DNA of 55,601 bases, filler included, from Basidioascus undulatus (Eukaryota): NCBI GenBank assembly GCA_000826855.1. It is 4 parts of 4 records of this genome, joined end to end, with 100 filler letters (N's around TTAATTAATTAA, not from the genome) between each part and the next. Parts side by side here need not be neighbours in the genome. Positions count along the whole stretch, not along the records: positions 1 to 13,837 come from JTLS01000782.1; positions 13,938 to 27,773 come from JTLS01000783.1; 2 more parts are not named here. The stretch is one strand, 5' to 3'. Positions within the stretch are counted from its first letter, which is position 1. Each line of letters starts with the position of its first letter. The position numbers were made by a program, and so were the translations under genes. Below are positions 11,701 to 23,929 of this stretch, piece by piece. A model generated the notes under the pieces. It saw only the letters and a program-made list of their open reading frames with translations. It ran no database searches and was not told the DNA's origin.

Positions 11701-13795
11701 TTAAGCGTCGCGCGACTTCCTACTCCCGCCCAATCACATCCCATCACCGCCGCAAACGCGTCAGTTCCGCAAGCCATACAGCATCACACCCAGGAATCGG
11801 GTGTTCGGGAGTGCGGGGAGGTAAACGCGAGAGAACGACGCACCGGAACTCGCCCTCCGCCGCCGTCGAAGCCTCCTCGATCTCGCCCTGGATGGAGGAC
11901 AGCGCCTCGGCCGCAGAGGAGAAGTAGACGAGCTGGCTGTTGGCGGGGACGGCGGGCGGGCGGTTGAGCCGGCGGTTGGGCAAGTAGGCCGGTTGGGCGC
12001 GCAGGTGGGCGAGCGGTTGTGCGGGTAGGCGGGTGAGCGATAGCGCGGGTGTGGACGGGCGGTGGTTCGGTGAGTGGGGTAGTGGATCGCAGGGGGAGGA
12101 AGGGGATGGGAGGGATGAGGTGAGGGAATAGAAGGGAGGAGAAAGGCAGGAATGAGGGACAGGGGGAGGGAAGGGAGTTAGAGATGAGCGGGAAGGAATG
12201 AAGGGCACGCACGCCTTGACGAGCTCGTTCAGGTCCTTAAGGGGCTCGGGGTTGTCGAGGACGCTGTTCACACCCATCCTCAATCAGCACCCACAAGAAC
12301 AGTAATCGGAGGTAAAGGAGAGAGCGGGGATAAGGGGAAGACAGGAAGCCAAGACGCACTTCTTCATCAGCGTAATAGCCGTCTCCGTCTGGCTAACGAG
12401 CTTGTCCTCCGCGCTCTCGACCTCCAAGCGCGCCTGCTCGACCTTGGCGGGCCCGGCGGACTTGAGCGTCTGCTTGCACGCGTCGAGCCAGAGGCGCGCC
12501 TGGCGCACGCCCGCGCGCGCGCTCTTGGCAAGCGCGATGCTGTTCGCCAGCGTCACGCTCCAGGGCGCGAGGAAGTTGTCCACGATTGCGGAGTCTTGGG
12601 TGAGGCGTGCGGCACCGATCTGGCGTCCCCACCGGGCATGTCAGCATTCTCAAGAATCTCAATCAAGGTGAGGAAGAAGGAAGGGAAGAGAAGAGGAAGA
12701 AAGGGAGGGGAAGAGGAAGGAGAAGAGAAGGCTGTAAGAAAGGGGTTCAACGCACCTTGTCCTGCGCCAGCGCAAATTTGGTCAGCGCGCTCCCGAGGCG
12801 GTCGTTCTCGCCGACCTCGAGCGCCGAGGTCGCGGCGGCGCGGCTGAGCGCGTGCGGGAGCGTCTTGGGCTGCGGCGTCGGCGCGGTCGAGACGGCGGGG
12901 AGAGGAAGGTTGGTGCCCTGCTCCGTCACACACATTCCATCTGTCAGACCTCTTGGGTTATTTGACATAGGGAGAGAGGGGGAAAGGAGAGGGAGGGAGA
13001 AAGTGAAGGCGGGCGAGGCAGAAGGAGAAAGGAAGGGGGAAAGGGACAGGGAAAGGACCTTGAGGTTCGCATTCGCGAAGTTGGTGAATTGATCTATTGG
13101 GCGGGGTGTGAGATGAGGGAAGGGAGAGGGGAGGAGGAAGGTAAAGCACGCACGCCAGACCTGCCCGCCAGTCTCCTGCAGGCTCTCCTGGATGTGGCCG
13201 GGCTGTCATGGGCGAAACACCACTCCTTCCGCTCAGCCCCAGACCTTCTCTGCCAAAGTGGGAGATGGGAGAGCAGAGACGGGAGAAGAGAGACGGGGAC
13301 TCACATAGTCGTACGTCTCCGTCTCGTACACCTTCGCGATCCTGTTCCCGGGGGTGTCAGCACGTCGGATCGGGTCGATAGGAAGGGGGAGGGGGAGAAG
13401 ACACACTTGAGCAAGTTCTTGTGCACATGCTCGAGCGCATCGACGCGGCGCTCGAGGTCGACATACTCCTTGGGCAGGGCAGTGATGTCCGCTATCCTCC
13501 GCGTCCGCGTCCGCACACCCAAAGATAAGCTTCCTACCCCTCCCTCCGCTCCCGCACCAGAAACGCACCTTCGTCAATCGCACCAAACCGCTCACTGTTC
13601 CCACCGAAGATTATTTAGTTCGGAGAAGGGAGAGAGAGGGAGAGTGGGAGGGAGATGGGAAGGGGAGAAGAGGACGCACCGAGCAGCCTGCACGCTGTTG
13701 CTCAAGCTGCCGCTGAGCTTGCCCGCGCCCGCGCCGAGGTTGAGGTTCGCGAGGCTCGAGGACGCAGTGTTCGTGAACTTCTTCCAGCTGTCCAT
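11701..13795 (-). CDS. GVP36: Gvp36-like BAR domain protein
   Basis: DITALPKEYVDLERRVDALEHVHKNLLK, VYETETYDY, PKTLPHALSRAA, VRQARLWLDACK, RLEVESAEDKLVSQTETAITLMK, VLDNPEPLKDLNELVK; last exon KSRDA* with TAA at 11703-11701. Confidence 0.85.
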
Positions 13796-13837
13796 TGCGG
13801 TGCTTTATCTAGATTTGTGGGAAGGGGAAGGGGAAGG

Positions 13838-13937
13838 NNNNNNNNNNNNNNNNNNNNNNNNNNNNNNNNNNNNNNNNNNNNTTAATTAATTAANNNNNNN
13901 NNNNNNNNNNNNNNNNNNNNNNNNNNNNNNNNNNNNN
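13838..13937. other. Artificial contig linker (N44-TTAATTAATTAA-N44)
   Basis: Six-frame stop spacer flanked by Ns; identical to the other two linkers. Confidence 0.97.
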
Positions 13938-15287
13938 CCTCCTCCCGGCCAGGCACCCCCTCCTCCGCGTCCACCTCCGCCGCAGCGCGCCTCACCCTCC
14001 CCACCGCATCAAGCCTCGCCAAGGCCCGCCCGCCCATCCCCGTCCAGCTCGCCGCGCGCTCGCCGACCCCCACGTCCAGCCCGCCGCGCACTACCACGCG
14101 CGTCTCCGGGGGGGCCAAGGCAGGCCCGAGGGGAAGCATGAGCCCCCCGCCGATTCCGCTTCCTGTGAGGGGGAAGCTCCTCCGCCGCCCGAAGGGCGCG
14201 AGTCGGCGTGTGTGGGGCGACGGGAGCGAGCTGGAAGGGATCGAGGACTTGCCGACGACAAGTCGGGGGGCGTCGCCTGTCTTACAAACTCGTCAGCCTC
14301 CCTCCTCATCAACCACCCGCAGCAAGCCCCAACAACCTCCCCCTTCCACTGGCGGGCGGCGACCCGCTTCGTCCCTCGCTGCCGGCCCCCCGCGCGCGTC
14401 TTCCCCCGCGGAGGTGCCCTCCAAGCGCCGCAAGCCCGCCACCGCCCCCGAGCAGCGCCGCCGACCCACGCTGATCAAGAACCTCGGGCGCGAGGGCCCG
14501 AAGGTGGTGGGCGAGATGACGTATGACCCGCTGAGGCATCGGTGGGAGGGGAATCGGGAGGACCCCGCGCTTAGGGAGCTGGAGAATGCGTTAGCGAGTA
14601 GTGCGAGGCCTGCGTGAGTCGTCGGTCCCTCGTTCTCCTTCTTGTGGGGATCAGGCTTGGGGAATGGAAGAGGTTACTGACGAGGAGGGTTTGGGACCGC
14701 TCCGCAGGCTCATCACGCAATTCACCGGCTCCAGCGTCGCCTCCTGGGCGTCGCTCGGCTCGCCCACGCGCTCCTCCGACAGCGGCCGCGGCGGCGGGGC
14801 TATCGGCGGCGGCTATCTCGGTGGGCCGTCCTCGCAGGCGAAAGTCGTGGGCGGGATGGTGTTCGACCCCGTGCGGATGTGCTGGCTCTCGAACGGCGAC
14901 GACCCGGAGGACGACGACGACCCGTTCGCGGACCTGTCTGACTCCTCCTCTGCCGACCCTCCCCGTGCCTCTTCCCTTCACAGGCGGTCCTTCTCCCGGG
15001 AGACCGGTGACGATGCCGAGGAGGAGGGGAAGTTCGATACCCTGCGAGCGGTGCGCAAGGGCCGTGGGCCGAGGGATAGCTTGGCGGGAAGCGAGGCAAC
15101 GGAGAGCGATGTGGGCGAGTGGGGTGGGGAGTGGGAGGGACTGCTCGAGAGGGGGTTGGTGGAAAGGGCGAGGGAGGCGGAGAAGAGTCATCGGGAGGAG
15201 GTGAGGGGGTGGACGCCCAGGGGTGGGCTGGTGGAGGATAGGAGGTATCTGTATGATATTTTTCAGCTGGCGAGGAGGAATAAGTAG
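13938..15287 (+). CDS. BFA1: Bfa1/Byr4 GAP component (5' end lost in gap)
   Basis: WGDGSELEGIEDLP, PTLIKNLG, KVVGEMTYDPLRHRWEGN, RPALITQ, VVGGMVFDPVRMCWL, EKSHREEVRGW. Confidence 0.85.
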
Positions 15288-15621
15288 CATGCGGTCTTCT
15301 CACTCCTCCCGCCCCTTCCCCGAGCTCCTCCATCCCGCCTGCCGCGTTCGGCGATCCTCCGTCCTCGCTCGACGATTCCTCCCCCCTCGCTCCTCTCCCT
15401 TTCGTCCGCTGCCGCACTTTCTTTTTTTTCAAACGGACTATGATGACCCCTTTTAACGATCTTCGAACCTCTCGCTCGTTCCTCCGCTTCTTTTCTTCCT
15501 CACTCACCTCATGCTGTCTATACCATACCATCTCTCGTTTTCCTCTCTCTCGTACTCTGCACTTTCTTGGCATACGCTTCATACCATTCTCTTTTTTGAG
15601 TTCCATTCCATACCACTCGAC

Positions 15622-15669
15622 AAGATCGAAGAGGTCGATGAGGTCGATGAGATCGATGAGGTCGATGAA
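15622..15669. repeat. 9-bp tandem repeat (GAGRTCGAT), about 5 copies
   Basis: aagatcgaa gaggtcgat gaggtcgat gagatcgat gaggtcgat gaa. Confidence 0.85.
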
Positions 15670-16037
15670 TAGTCTATTGCATTGCAGGTCTTTGGGTGGG
15701 CGTGGGGCGTGGGGCGTGGGCGTGTATGAGGGAACTTGGATGATGGACGAGGTTCTGGGGCAAAGGTGAAAATGTTACAGGAGGAGTGAGTGAGGAAGTC
15801 AACTTGAGGTGCAACGCAGAACGAGCATACCCACCGTATCGCGGGCTCGGCACGGCCTCTATTCCTGCCTTGTCTCGTCGCCGCTGTTGAACCCCAACTC
15901 TCTCGCCCGGGACCACCGTCCAGGCGGCGATGGTTACTCGTCTTAATTGCAGCATCCCTGAGATTTAGAGGCCGGAGCGGATCCTGAGCAACGGCTGCAC
16001 CGCCCCCATACTGGGAGCGTACTGGGCGGCAGTGCGA

Positions 16038-16043
16038 TATAAA
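16038..16043 (+). promoter_or_regulatory. TATA box of the small secreted protein gene
   Basis: TATAAA about 90 nt upstream of ATG 16132. Confidence 0.5.
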
Positions 16044-16131
16044 GACACCTAAAGACCTCAGCGCACTTGTTCTTCCCCTCCAGATCCACAAACCACCTCC
16101 TATCTCCCTTTCAAGCTATCTTAGACTGAAA

Positions 16132-16725
16132 ATGAAGTCCAAGCTCGCCCCGAGCTTGCTCACAGTGCTCGCTGTTGCAAGCTGCGGCTTCGCAACCGCC
16201 GATCGTACGTTTGTGGTCTGGAACTGCTTGCAGGCTTAAGCTTGCCGATACTTCATCTCTCCCCTCACTCAAGTCCACGCCGCACACGTCGGCCGCAGTC
16301 TCACATCGCTCGCTCTCTCACCTCGCCAGCTGGTGCAGCCCGACCTGCCGTGCCTCACGGGCGAGTGCAGCTCGGCGCAGCTCCAAGGTGCCGCGGTGCG
16401 CTCCTCCCTCCTCCCCACTAAAATCGTCTCTAGAGAACAGCCTGATAGTCGTTTTACCAGCCCTGCTATGAGGACCCCCCGTCCCCCTACCACCTCACGG
16501 TCTGCTTCTGCCTGTGGGCGACTCTCCCCGAGAGCGACTCGTGCTCCGCATGCATCTTCGCTGCGACTGGGGGAACCCGTAGGTCTTTGACAGGTTTTTA
16601 CCGGAATCAGAGGATGCTGAATATCTGTGCTTCCTTCTCGACATGCAGGCCCCGCCTCGCAAGCCGAGTGCGCAGCCTGGGCGGAAGGCGCTTTCAACTC
16701 GACGGGCAGCGCTATCGCTGCCTGA
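16132..16725 (+). CDS. Small secreted cysteine-rich protein, CFEM-like spacing (4 exons)
   Basis: Spliced product: MKSKLAPSLLTVLAVASCGFATADLHAAHVGRSLTSLALSPRQLVQPDLPCLTGECSSAQLQGAAPCYEDPPSPYHLTVCFCLWATLPESDSCSACIFAATGGTRPASQAECAAWAEGAFNSTGSAIAA*. Signal peptide plus 8 Cys in the mature part. Confidence 0.7.
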
Positions 16726-17984
16726 CCGACCGCCCTCTAGGAGCGCCCACAATGATCAAGCCGGCTAGAAATGTTTATTGGAAGTCGTTTTTCTACAGTT
16801 CATGTAAATGGACTGGTTGTGCTCGGAATGGAGCGGCTCAACGATGCAGTGCTCCTGCAGCAATCGTGTAGCATGTAGCAGTTTATGCTGAATCGAGGAA
16901 GTCGTTCCTATATTGACTTTCGATGAACCTTCTCTTGCACCTGGGGCACAGCTGCGCGGCGTTTAATTGCAGCCGCCTGAATGCTGGAACATCGTCCGCG
17001 TCAGGCGTTGATGGCGGCGAGCTGTCGGTGAGCGTCTGTGGGAGGCTTGAAGAAATTGGCACTGCCTGAAAGGGGTTTACTTTCATTTGAGGGAATCGCG
17101 TACATGTTACCCCTATCTAACCTGCATATGTTGGTAATGTACCTAGCCAGGGTACGAAACTGGAAGATGGACAGTTCTCGAGCTCTAATCAGCTGTTCCC
17201 GATTCATCTGCATGGCAGTGGCTCTGTAATCTATGAGGAGGCATGCTACTCCGATGATACTTAAACGCTGATACCTACCTCATGTCCATTTTCATCAGTT
17301 CTTCCTTGGGTCTGCCAAGTTTCGCTGCACGAAACAGGTAAGCATGGGCACTGGTCTTGGTCCTCGACTTGCGGAGTGATCACTTGACAGAAAGTCGCAC
17401 TCTTAATTCCAAGAACGATTGTCGAACGTCCAGCTGCATAATATTACCTGAACACTTCTCGTTGCTTCGTATTAAAGCAAGTGTTATCGGCGGTTGGGTG
17501 AAAGGGGAGGAGCAGCATGCACAGAGCGCAGCCAACGATAGCCTGCGGGGCCAAAGCGGCGAAGGCCAAGACTGCATCCCCGGACTCCTCAACCCAAATT
17601 GGGCCGCAGTGTCTGCCTGAAACCGGCGGCAAGTTGGCCTTCTCCGGCGCCATCTCATCACTTGGGCTCTCGAAGCAATTGGGGAACGATCGACAATGAT
17701 GTCAGCCTACCGAATTAGTGGAAATATCGGGCCGATGCAGTCGTTTTGCCCTCGTGCAACTTCGCCGGCACCGCTCCAGCTTCCCTGCCCGTCAACTGCT
17801 CATGTGCCTGGCAATTTCAGGCCGAGCTCGCACCATGGTGCCATGGGAGAATAAATAGGTCCTTGGGGACCCTCAGAGCGCTATCCGTTTCCCCACTTTC
17901 CCCAAACTCTCGTACATCAGTCGCGGCGGATTCCCCGTTAATCCCCGCATCTTCCTCCTCACGCACCCAGACTCACGGGCCATC

Positions 17985-20900
17985 ATGTCAACAAACGACA
18001 AACGCTTCTTTGCCCACGACGAGAAGCCTAAGGTCTTACATAACGACTATGTCACCGACCGCACGTCGGTCAGCTCGGGACAGGACAGCATTGCGCCGGA
18101 GCTGGGCGAGGAGACGATCCTGGCAGCTCGGGGACTGTACAAGGGCAAGCTGAGGGGGAGGGTCAGTATCTGTCGATTCATTCAGACAATATTACCGTTG
18201 AATACTGAGATGGGCATACAGAAATTGACGTTCGCAATCGCTGTGATTGCGGGTGTCGTGAGTAGTTTCACCTCAGCTGGCCCAACCCTCAGACTGACGT
18301 GCGCTCCGTCTTGATCAGGGCTTCACGCTGTTTGATAAGTGTAACTTTACGGCCACTTCCAGTTCTCGCAAGCTAACAGGCACTCGATTGCATTTCTCTA
18401 CGCTACGACCAGGGCGTGCTTTCTAGTCTGCTCAGGTACGAGTTTCTTATCGCTCGCCCATTGTTGCCTCCAAGTTCTCATTTGGGATGGCGGTCTACAG
18501 CACCAAGACGTTTGAGGAGACCTTCCCTCAAACCGTCTCTCCGGAAGGCGGCGAGCAGGACGGCCATGCAGCTACGCTGCAGTCCTTCCTCGTGTACGCG
18601 GATTTGTGAACCTGTCCGCAGCCAACCTACTGACGCTCCACGCTCTGCCGCGATACAGCGCCATCTACGAGCTCGGATGCTTAGCTGGTGCACTCAGTAA
18701 CTTGTGGGTTGGAGACCTGCTTGGTCGTCGGGTGAGTGGTATTTCGTTGCACAGGCGCGTCAAGGGGCGCTCACAGTCCCGTCTCGGTTCAGCACACCAT
18801 CTGCTTGGGCGGGGCAATCATGACCGTGGGAGCCATCCTGCAAACCGCGGCGGTCGACTACGCCATGATGCTGGTTGCGCGGGTTGTTACCGGTGTCGGC
18901 AACGGGTACGCAGCATCCTCCCTTCGAGAACGATCGGCGGGAGCCAAAGCTTGACCTACAATTTCTTGTACGACAGCCTTCTCACCTCCACAGTCCCTTC
19001 TTACCAGTCGGAGTGTGCGCATCCCGAGAAGAGGGGCAAGCTGGTCATGATTGAAGGCGTGAGTCTCAAAGCCAGTCGTTGACTGTCGCTCGACCAGTTG
19101 TACTGACCCTCCCCCTACTTTCAGGCCCTCATCACTTTCGGCATCATGATTTCCTACTGGATCGACTTCGGATTCTACTGGATTGATTCCAGCTCGATCC
19201 AGTGGCGTTTCCCTGTGTGCGTCATTTGCGCTGCGCGAGCCTAGTGGTTGGCATGGACTGACAGAGTGGTTGGCGATTCGATTGGGAACAGCGCTTTCCA
19301 AATCGTGAGCATACCTTACGTCTGTCAGAAGTGGTTTTAAACTCAAACACGACTGCTTTTTAAGGTCTTTGCAATCTTCATGATTGCCGGTATGTACGGC
19401 CTTCGTCTGCCGGAATCGCCTCGTTATCTCGTGCGTGTCGGCCGCAACGAAGAGGCTCTGGCGGTTCTTGCCGCGCTGGACGATGTCGAGTACGCCTATT
19501 TTGTCCCTTGCCATGTGATATATTTCCATTCTAACACTCCAATCCAGTGTCACAGACCAGCGTGTGGTTCAGGTTAGACCCCATCCTGCTGGTAAAGGCC
19601 AAGCATACATGCATGCTGACACTTCGCGCTTGCAACCTTCTCAGACTTGGAGGGGTATCTGCGACGTCGTGAACGTGGAGGACTCCCAGAAATTCTCTTT
19701 CGGTGAACTTTTCACCCACGGCCGCGGTCAGGTCAGCAATTTTTGCAATGGCTGAACGAGTCGGTCGAGGTCCTGGTACTGAAACCCTCTACGAACAGAA
19801 CTTCCGCCGTACTATTCTCGGCATCGCTGCGCAGGCCTTCCAGCAGGTCTGCCCTCAAAGTTGAAATTGCTCCTTGAAACCTCTTCACTGACGGCAGCTT
19901 TCGAAACCTTACAGCTCACGGGCATCAACTTGATCGTGCGCAAATTCCCTAACCTCATTACACGGCTCGGCGCTAACCTCTGAAAACGTCCTCCAGACCT
20001 ACTGTAAGCAACACCCCTCCGATCATACCGCACGATGCAACGCTTACGCCTACTCATACTCTACAGACGCCACTCTGCTCTTTGAGCGCCTCGACCTCGG
20101 CCCAACCAAGAGCCGCATCCTCTCGTCTTGCAACGGGACCGAGTACTTCCTTGCCTCGCTCGTCGGTGAGCCTTGATGTCTTTTGCATCTTCACATGATC
20201 CTCGCCCTAATCTGTGTCTATTCGACAGCTATCTATGTAATCGAGACTCTGGGTCGGAGGAAGCTCATGCTCGTCGGCGCTGTTGGCCAGTACGTTTCCA
20301 CTTCGCAATCCTTTCCGGGCTTGACCGAGTAATCTCCAGAGCGATCACGATGGGCCTCCTCGCTGCCTTGGACGCAACAAACACCCAGCCGGGCCGTTAC
20401 GTTTCTGCTGTAAGCCACTTCGACCCTCCAGAGCTTCTTCCCACCACGTAGTCCCGCTTATTCAACGGCGCGCATGCGAACAGGTGCTCCTCTTCGTTTT
20501 CAACTCGTAGGTTCGGTTGCCCTATTTTGGCGTCATTCTTCATTGTAGCTCACATTGGCTTCCTGAAGCTTCTTCGCCTTCGGCTGGTTGGGAATGACTT
20601 GGGTGAGTTTCCCACGTTACAGTCTTGCTGGCGGAACACTCACTGATTTTTACGTGCAGCTGTACCCTGCTGAAATTGTCGGCCTCCGGATTCGCCAACC
20701 CGCCAACGCCCTGTCCACCGCGAGCAACTGGATCTTCAACTTCTGTAAGCAAGCCCACCTGCATTCGGCCACCAATTCACGCACTTACAAGGGCTACTTT
20801 CAACAGTGGTCGTGATGATCACCGGCCCTGCGTTTGCGAACATCCAATGGGGCACCTACGCTGTGCGTTGTTCCCAAACTTGATGTTGTTTAAGCAAAGT

Positions 20901-21309
20901 CTGATAGATGGAACGCATAAATTGGAAACAGCTATTTGCCGTTCTCAATGCACTGCTAGTCCCCAGCGTGTACTTCTTCTTCCCTGAGTAAGCATTCTGT
21001 CAGTACCACCAACACTAGCACGGTCGTTGACCATTTTCGTCCCGCAGGACCAAGGGCCGCAGCCTCGAGGGTAAGCCTTCTACTTCCTCTTTGGCAGACA
21101 CTTCAGCAAAATGGCTCACGATCCTTTATACTCCCACAGAGATGGACCTCGTCTTTGCAAAGGCGCACAACGACGGCGTCAGCCCCGTCAAGGTCGCGTT
21201 GCAGCAGCTCCCTGCGCCCGGCTCGGTCGAGGCGGAGATGATCCTGGGACGGGACGACGTTATTCGCCAGCGCCAGAGCGGGCGGAAGAGGGAGGACGAC
21301 TCCGTTTGA
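17985..21309 (+). CDS. MFS sugar porter (STL1-like), 26 exons including one AT-AC intron
   Basis: Hand-spliced open frame: GFTLFGYDQGVLSSLL, GDLLGRR, VPSYQSECAHPEKRGKLVMIEG, PESPRYL, FQQLTGINLITYYAT, GWLGMTWLYPAEI, FPETKGRSLEEMD. Confidence 0.93.
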
Positions 21310-21728
21310 AGGAAGCTCGTGCTTAATATCGAGCCTTGATACCTTTTCCTCCTTGGCTTGGACATGTATATCTCAGTGTACTTTTGTAGTCCAATTCACA
21401 GCTAATGAACTTGGCCACGAGCCTCGACAATGCTCCGTCGCTTGTAAAGTCCAAGCAGCATCATCTGTGCTTCAGAGCCACGCTCATTCAGCAGGGCAAC
21501 AGAGCAGCTAAAAATGCATTAGCGGAGAGGGGGGTGGTGGGCAAGGAGTAGCTATGACAACAATAGTGCGGGATTGTGAATTTGGGAGAAATTGAAGACG
21601 TACTTGGGACAGAAGAGCGTATGTAGCACAAGCTCAGTGATTGCAACCGACAAACGACAATGAGGCGACTGGACTCTCCGTACCCACACCCAGTACTCTG
21701 CCATAGAACAATCAAATAAAAACCCACA

Positions 21729-22660
21729 TAATGCTACACAAATGTCGGAGAATCAAACGCACCTTTAATCGATATCGGCAGCTGCGCCTCCCACGCCCTC
21801 TGCACCGCTCTGATTGTTCTCTCCAAGTCAAGATAACTTGGCGAGGAATAAAATCATTGGAAGGAGGTCCTTTAGGTCTTCCCCAAACATCCAGGAGGGC
21901 ATGACGAAGTCTCCAGACGCAGTATCATGGTTGATGCGGGCGAGGACGTGATTCTGGACGTTATACCAACTACAAGGGTTTGTCAAGGAGGGTCCACATG
22001 ACTGGTGTGTGGAAAGTGACAGTCATTTACCATGTCAGAGCGTCTGCACGCTTGTAGTTCACCGTCTTCTTGATAAGCAGTTTGTGTTGGAAAGGATCGC
22101 TCGAGCTGTGTTCACCCGCGACTTGTGCAGGTCGACCAGACGGCGGTAATACCAGCCCCCCACCGCGGGAGACTAGAGAGGCTGTGTCCCATTGTGACGG
22201 TGTATATGATGACGGCGCCTTGCTTCCAGTCCAGCTGGGCCGCAACCGCGTAGGCCAGGAGTGGCGCGCGTCGAGCCAGGCAGTGAAGGTCTCCTCGCAG
22301 AGATGAGGTTACCAGCGGCGAGTCGTACTTGACCGAGGCACGCCTCTGTAGGAGTTTGTGAGAAAACCGGTATAACTGTAGAGAGATACTCACCCATCAC
22401 GAAGCAGCTCCAACGAATTGATGGACACCTCCCGGATCCGCCCGCAAAGCAGCGTGAGGCGTGAGGAACGGTTCGAGTACTCTGGCTGGCTCGTCAAGGG
22501 TCACAGCGGTCTTTGATCCTTCATCCTCTTGGATTCTTTCTCCTTTGGCTGGGGCTGGGGGATCTCCAGTAATAATCGCCAAAACTCCGACGGGCACAGC
22601 TTCATCCTCTCCAAGAAGAAGGGCACATTGTTTGGATGAAGGGCGATCGGTTGGCTGGAG
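21729..22660 (-). pseudogene. Degenerate BTB/POZ-like gene remnant
   Basis: Fragments in different frames: AVTLDEPARVLEPFL, ASVKYDSPLV and a terminal RAWEAQLPISI, reminiscent of basidiomycete BTB proteins. Stops and frameshifts lie between them. Confidence 0.35.
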
Positions 22661-22788
22661 TGAGGACACGAAGGGAGCGGTCAGAGAAAGGGAAGAGAGT
22701 GCAGCTTGTTCGATCGAAAGTGGGTGGACACGTTCAAAGCAGGACAGTCGTCAGCCGTCTTCCATTCGAACTGTCACTGTCACCCCAT

Positions 22789-23929
22789 CTACACTTTCCA
22801 CCTCCTCCTCTTCGCCACTCCCCCACCCTGGACGACCGCGCCCGCGCCCGCCGCGGCCCTCTTCGCGCCCACTCCCGCCCCTTCCATCGCGCCCCCGCCG
22901 ACCTCGCCGGCGCCCACGAGCCCGTAGTGCACGAGCCCGAACTCGAGCGCGAGCTTGCTCGGCGCCTGCGCCTGCGCCGGCATCGCGACGGGGCTCATAT
23001 CCTCTTCCGACCTGTCGCGCTGGGACGGGGAGAGGGACAGCGCGGGGTCGGCGTCTTGCGTGCGCTGAATGAGCGAGCGCAGGGACGCTTCGACTAGGCG
23101 GGTGGTGTGCAGTTTGCGGTCGAGGTGCGAGAGAGGGGTGGTCGTGCTGTGTGGGGTGGGGTAGACCTGGGAAGAGAGCAGCCGGTCAGTGACTGTCCAT
23201 CCCCGAGCAAAGACGGCGAGCGGATGGCAGGAACAGGGAGAAAGAGGAGAGAGAGAGGATGTACGGGCGTGTAGTGGTACGAATGCCTCGCGGGCATCTT
23301 GGGCACGAATGGTGGCGCGAGCTCGAGCATCCTTAGCGCCGCAGCCTGCGCGTCCTCCGACGGCCCGTCGTCCTCCTCGTCCGAGGGCAAGAACTCCTCC
23401 GTCGGGTCCTCGGTCTGCTCCTTCTTCTCCTCCGGAGGCGGGGGCGGGGCGGGGACTGCGGTGGGGGAGGTCATCCCATCAGCTAGAAGGGCGAGGGGAT
23501 GGGGTGAACGGCAGACGCACCTCGCGCCACGCGCTTTCGCGCTACGGGACGCAACACATCAGGCGTCATCCCCGCCTCCTCGAACGCGGCAAATACGTCG
23601 AGCGCGTTGGGCTTCGTGCGCTGCGCGATCTCCGCGCGGTCCCTCGCGAGTCTCGCCAAGCCCTCCAGACCTGGCCACATCCCTTAATCAGCATCCCCCT
23701 CCTACAAGCATAACCCCAGAAAAAACGCACAATGAACCATCTGACGCTCCATCTCCCGCAGCGCCGCGTCCGTCCCAGCTGCGAAGCCGGCGTCGCGCGC
23801 GACGCTCGACGCGGCACGCTGGGCGACCGCCGAGGCCAGGGCGGGCGTCACGCTGGGCTCGGCAGCTGGCACGGCGGGCTCGTCGGAGGGCGCCGCGGAC
23901 TGTGCGAGCGGATGGGTGGGGCCGGACAT
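22789..23929 (-). CDS. TAF8: TFIID subunit 8 (histone-fold/BTP + TAF8 C-terminal domain)
   Basis: ARDAGFAAGTDAAL, LARLARDRAEIAQRTKPNALDVFAAFEEAG, PPFVPKMPARHSYHYTPV, C-terminal KRRRWKV*. Confidence 0.8.

Noticed and set aside
13882..13893. Palindromic TTAATTAATTAA seen three times
   Set aside because: Artificial six-frame-stop joiner embedded in N runs; not biological.
14800..15606. 268-aa minus-strand Lys/Arg-rich ORF
   Set aside because: Antisense shadow of BFA1 and its pyrimidine-rich 3' region.
18335..18401. U12 (minor spliceosome) interpretation of the AT-AC intron
   Set aside because: Lacks the ATATCCTT donor and TCCTTAAC branch site; the signals are U2-type.
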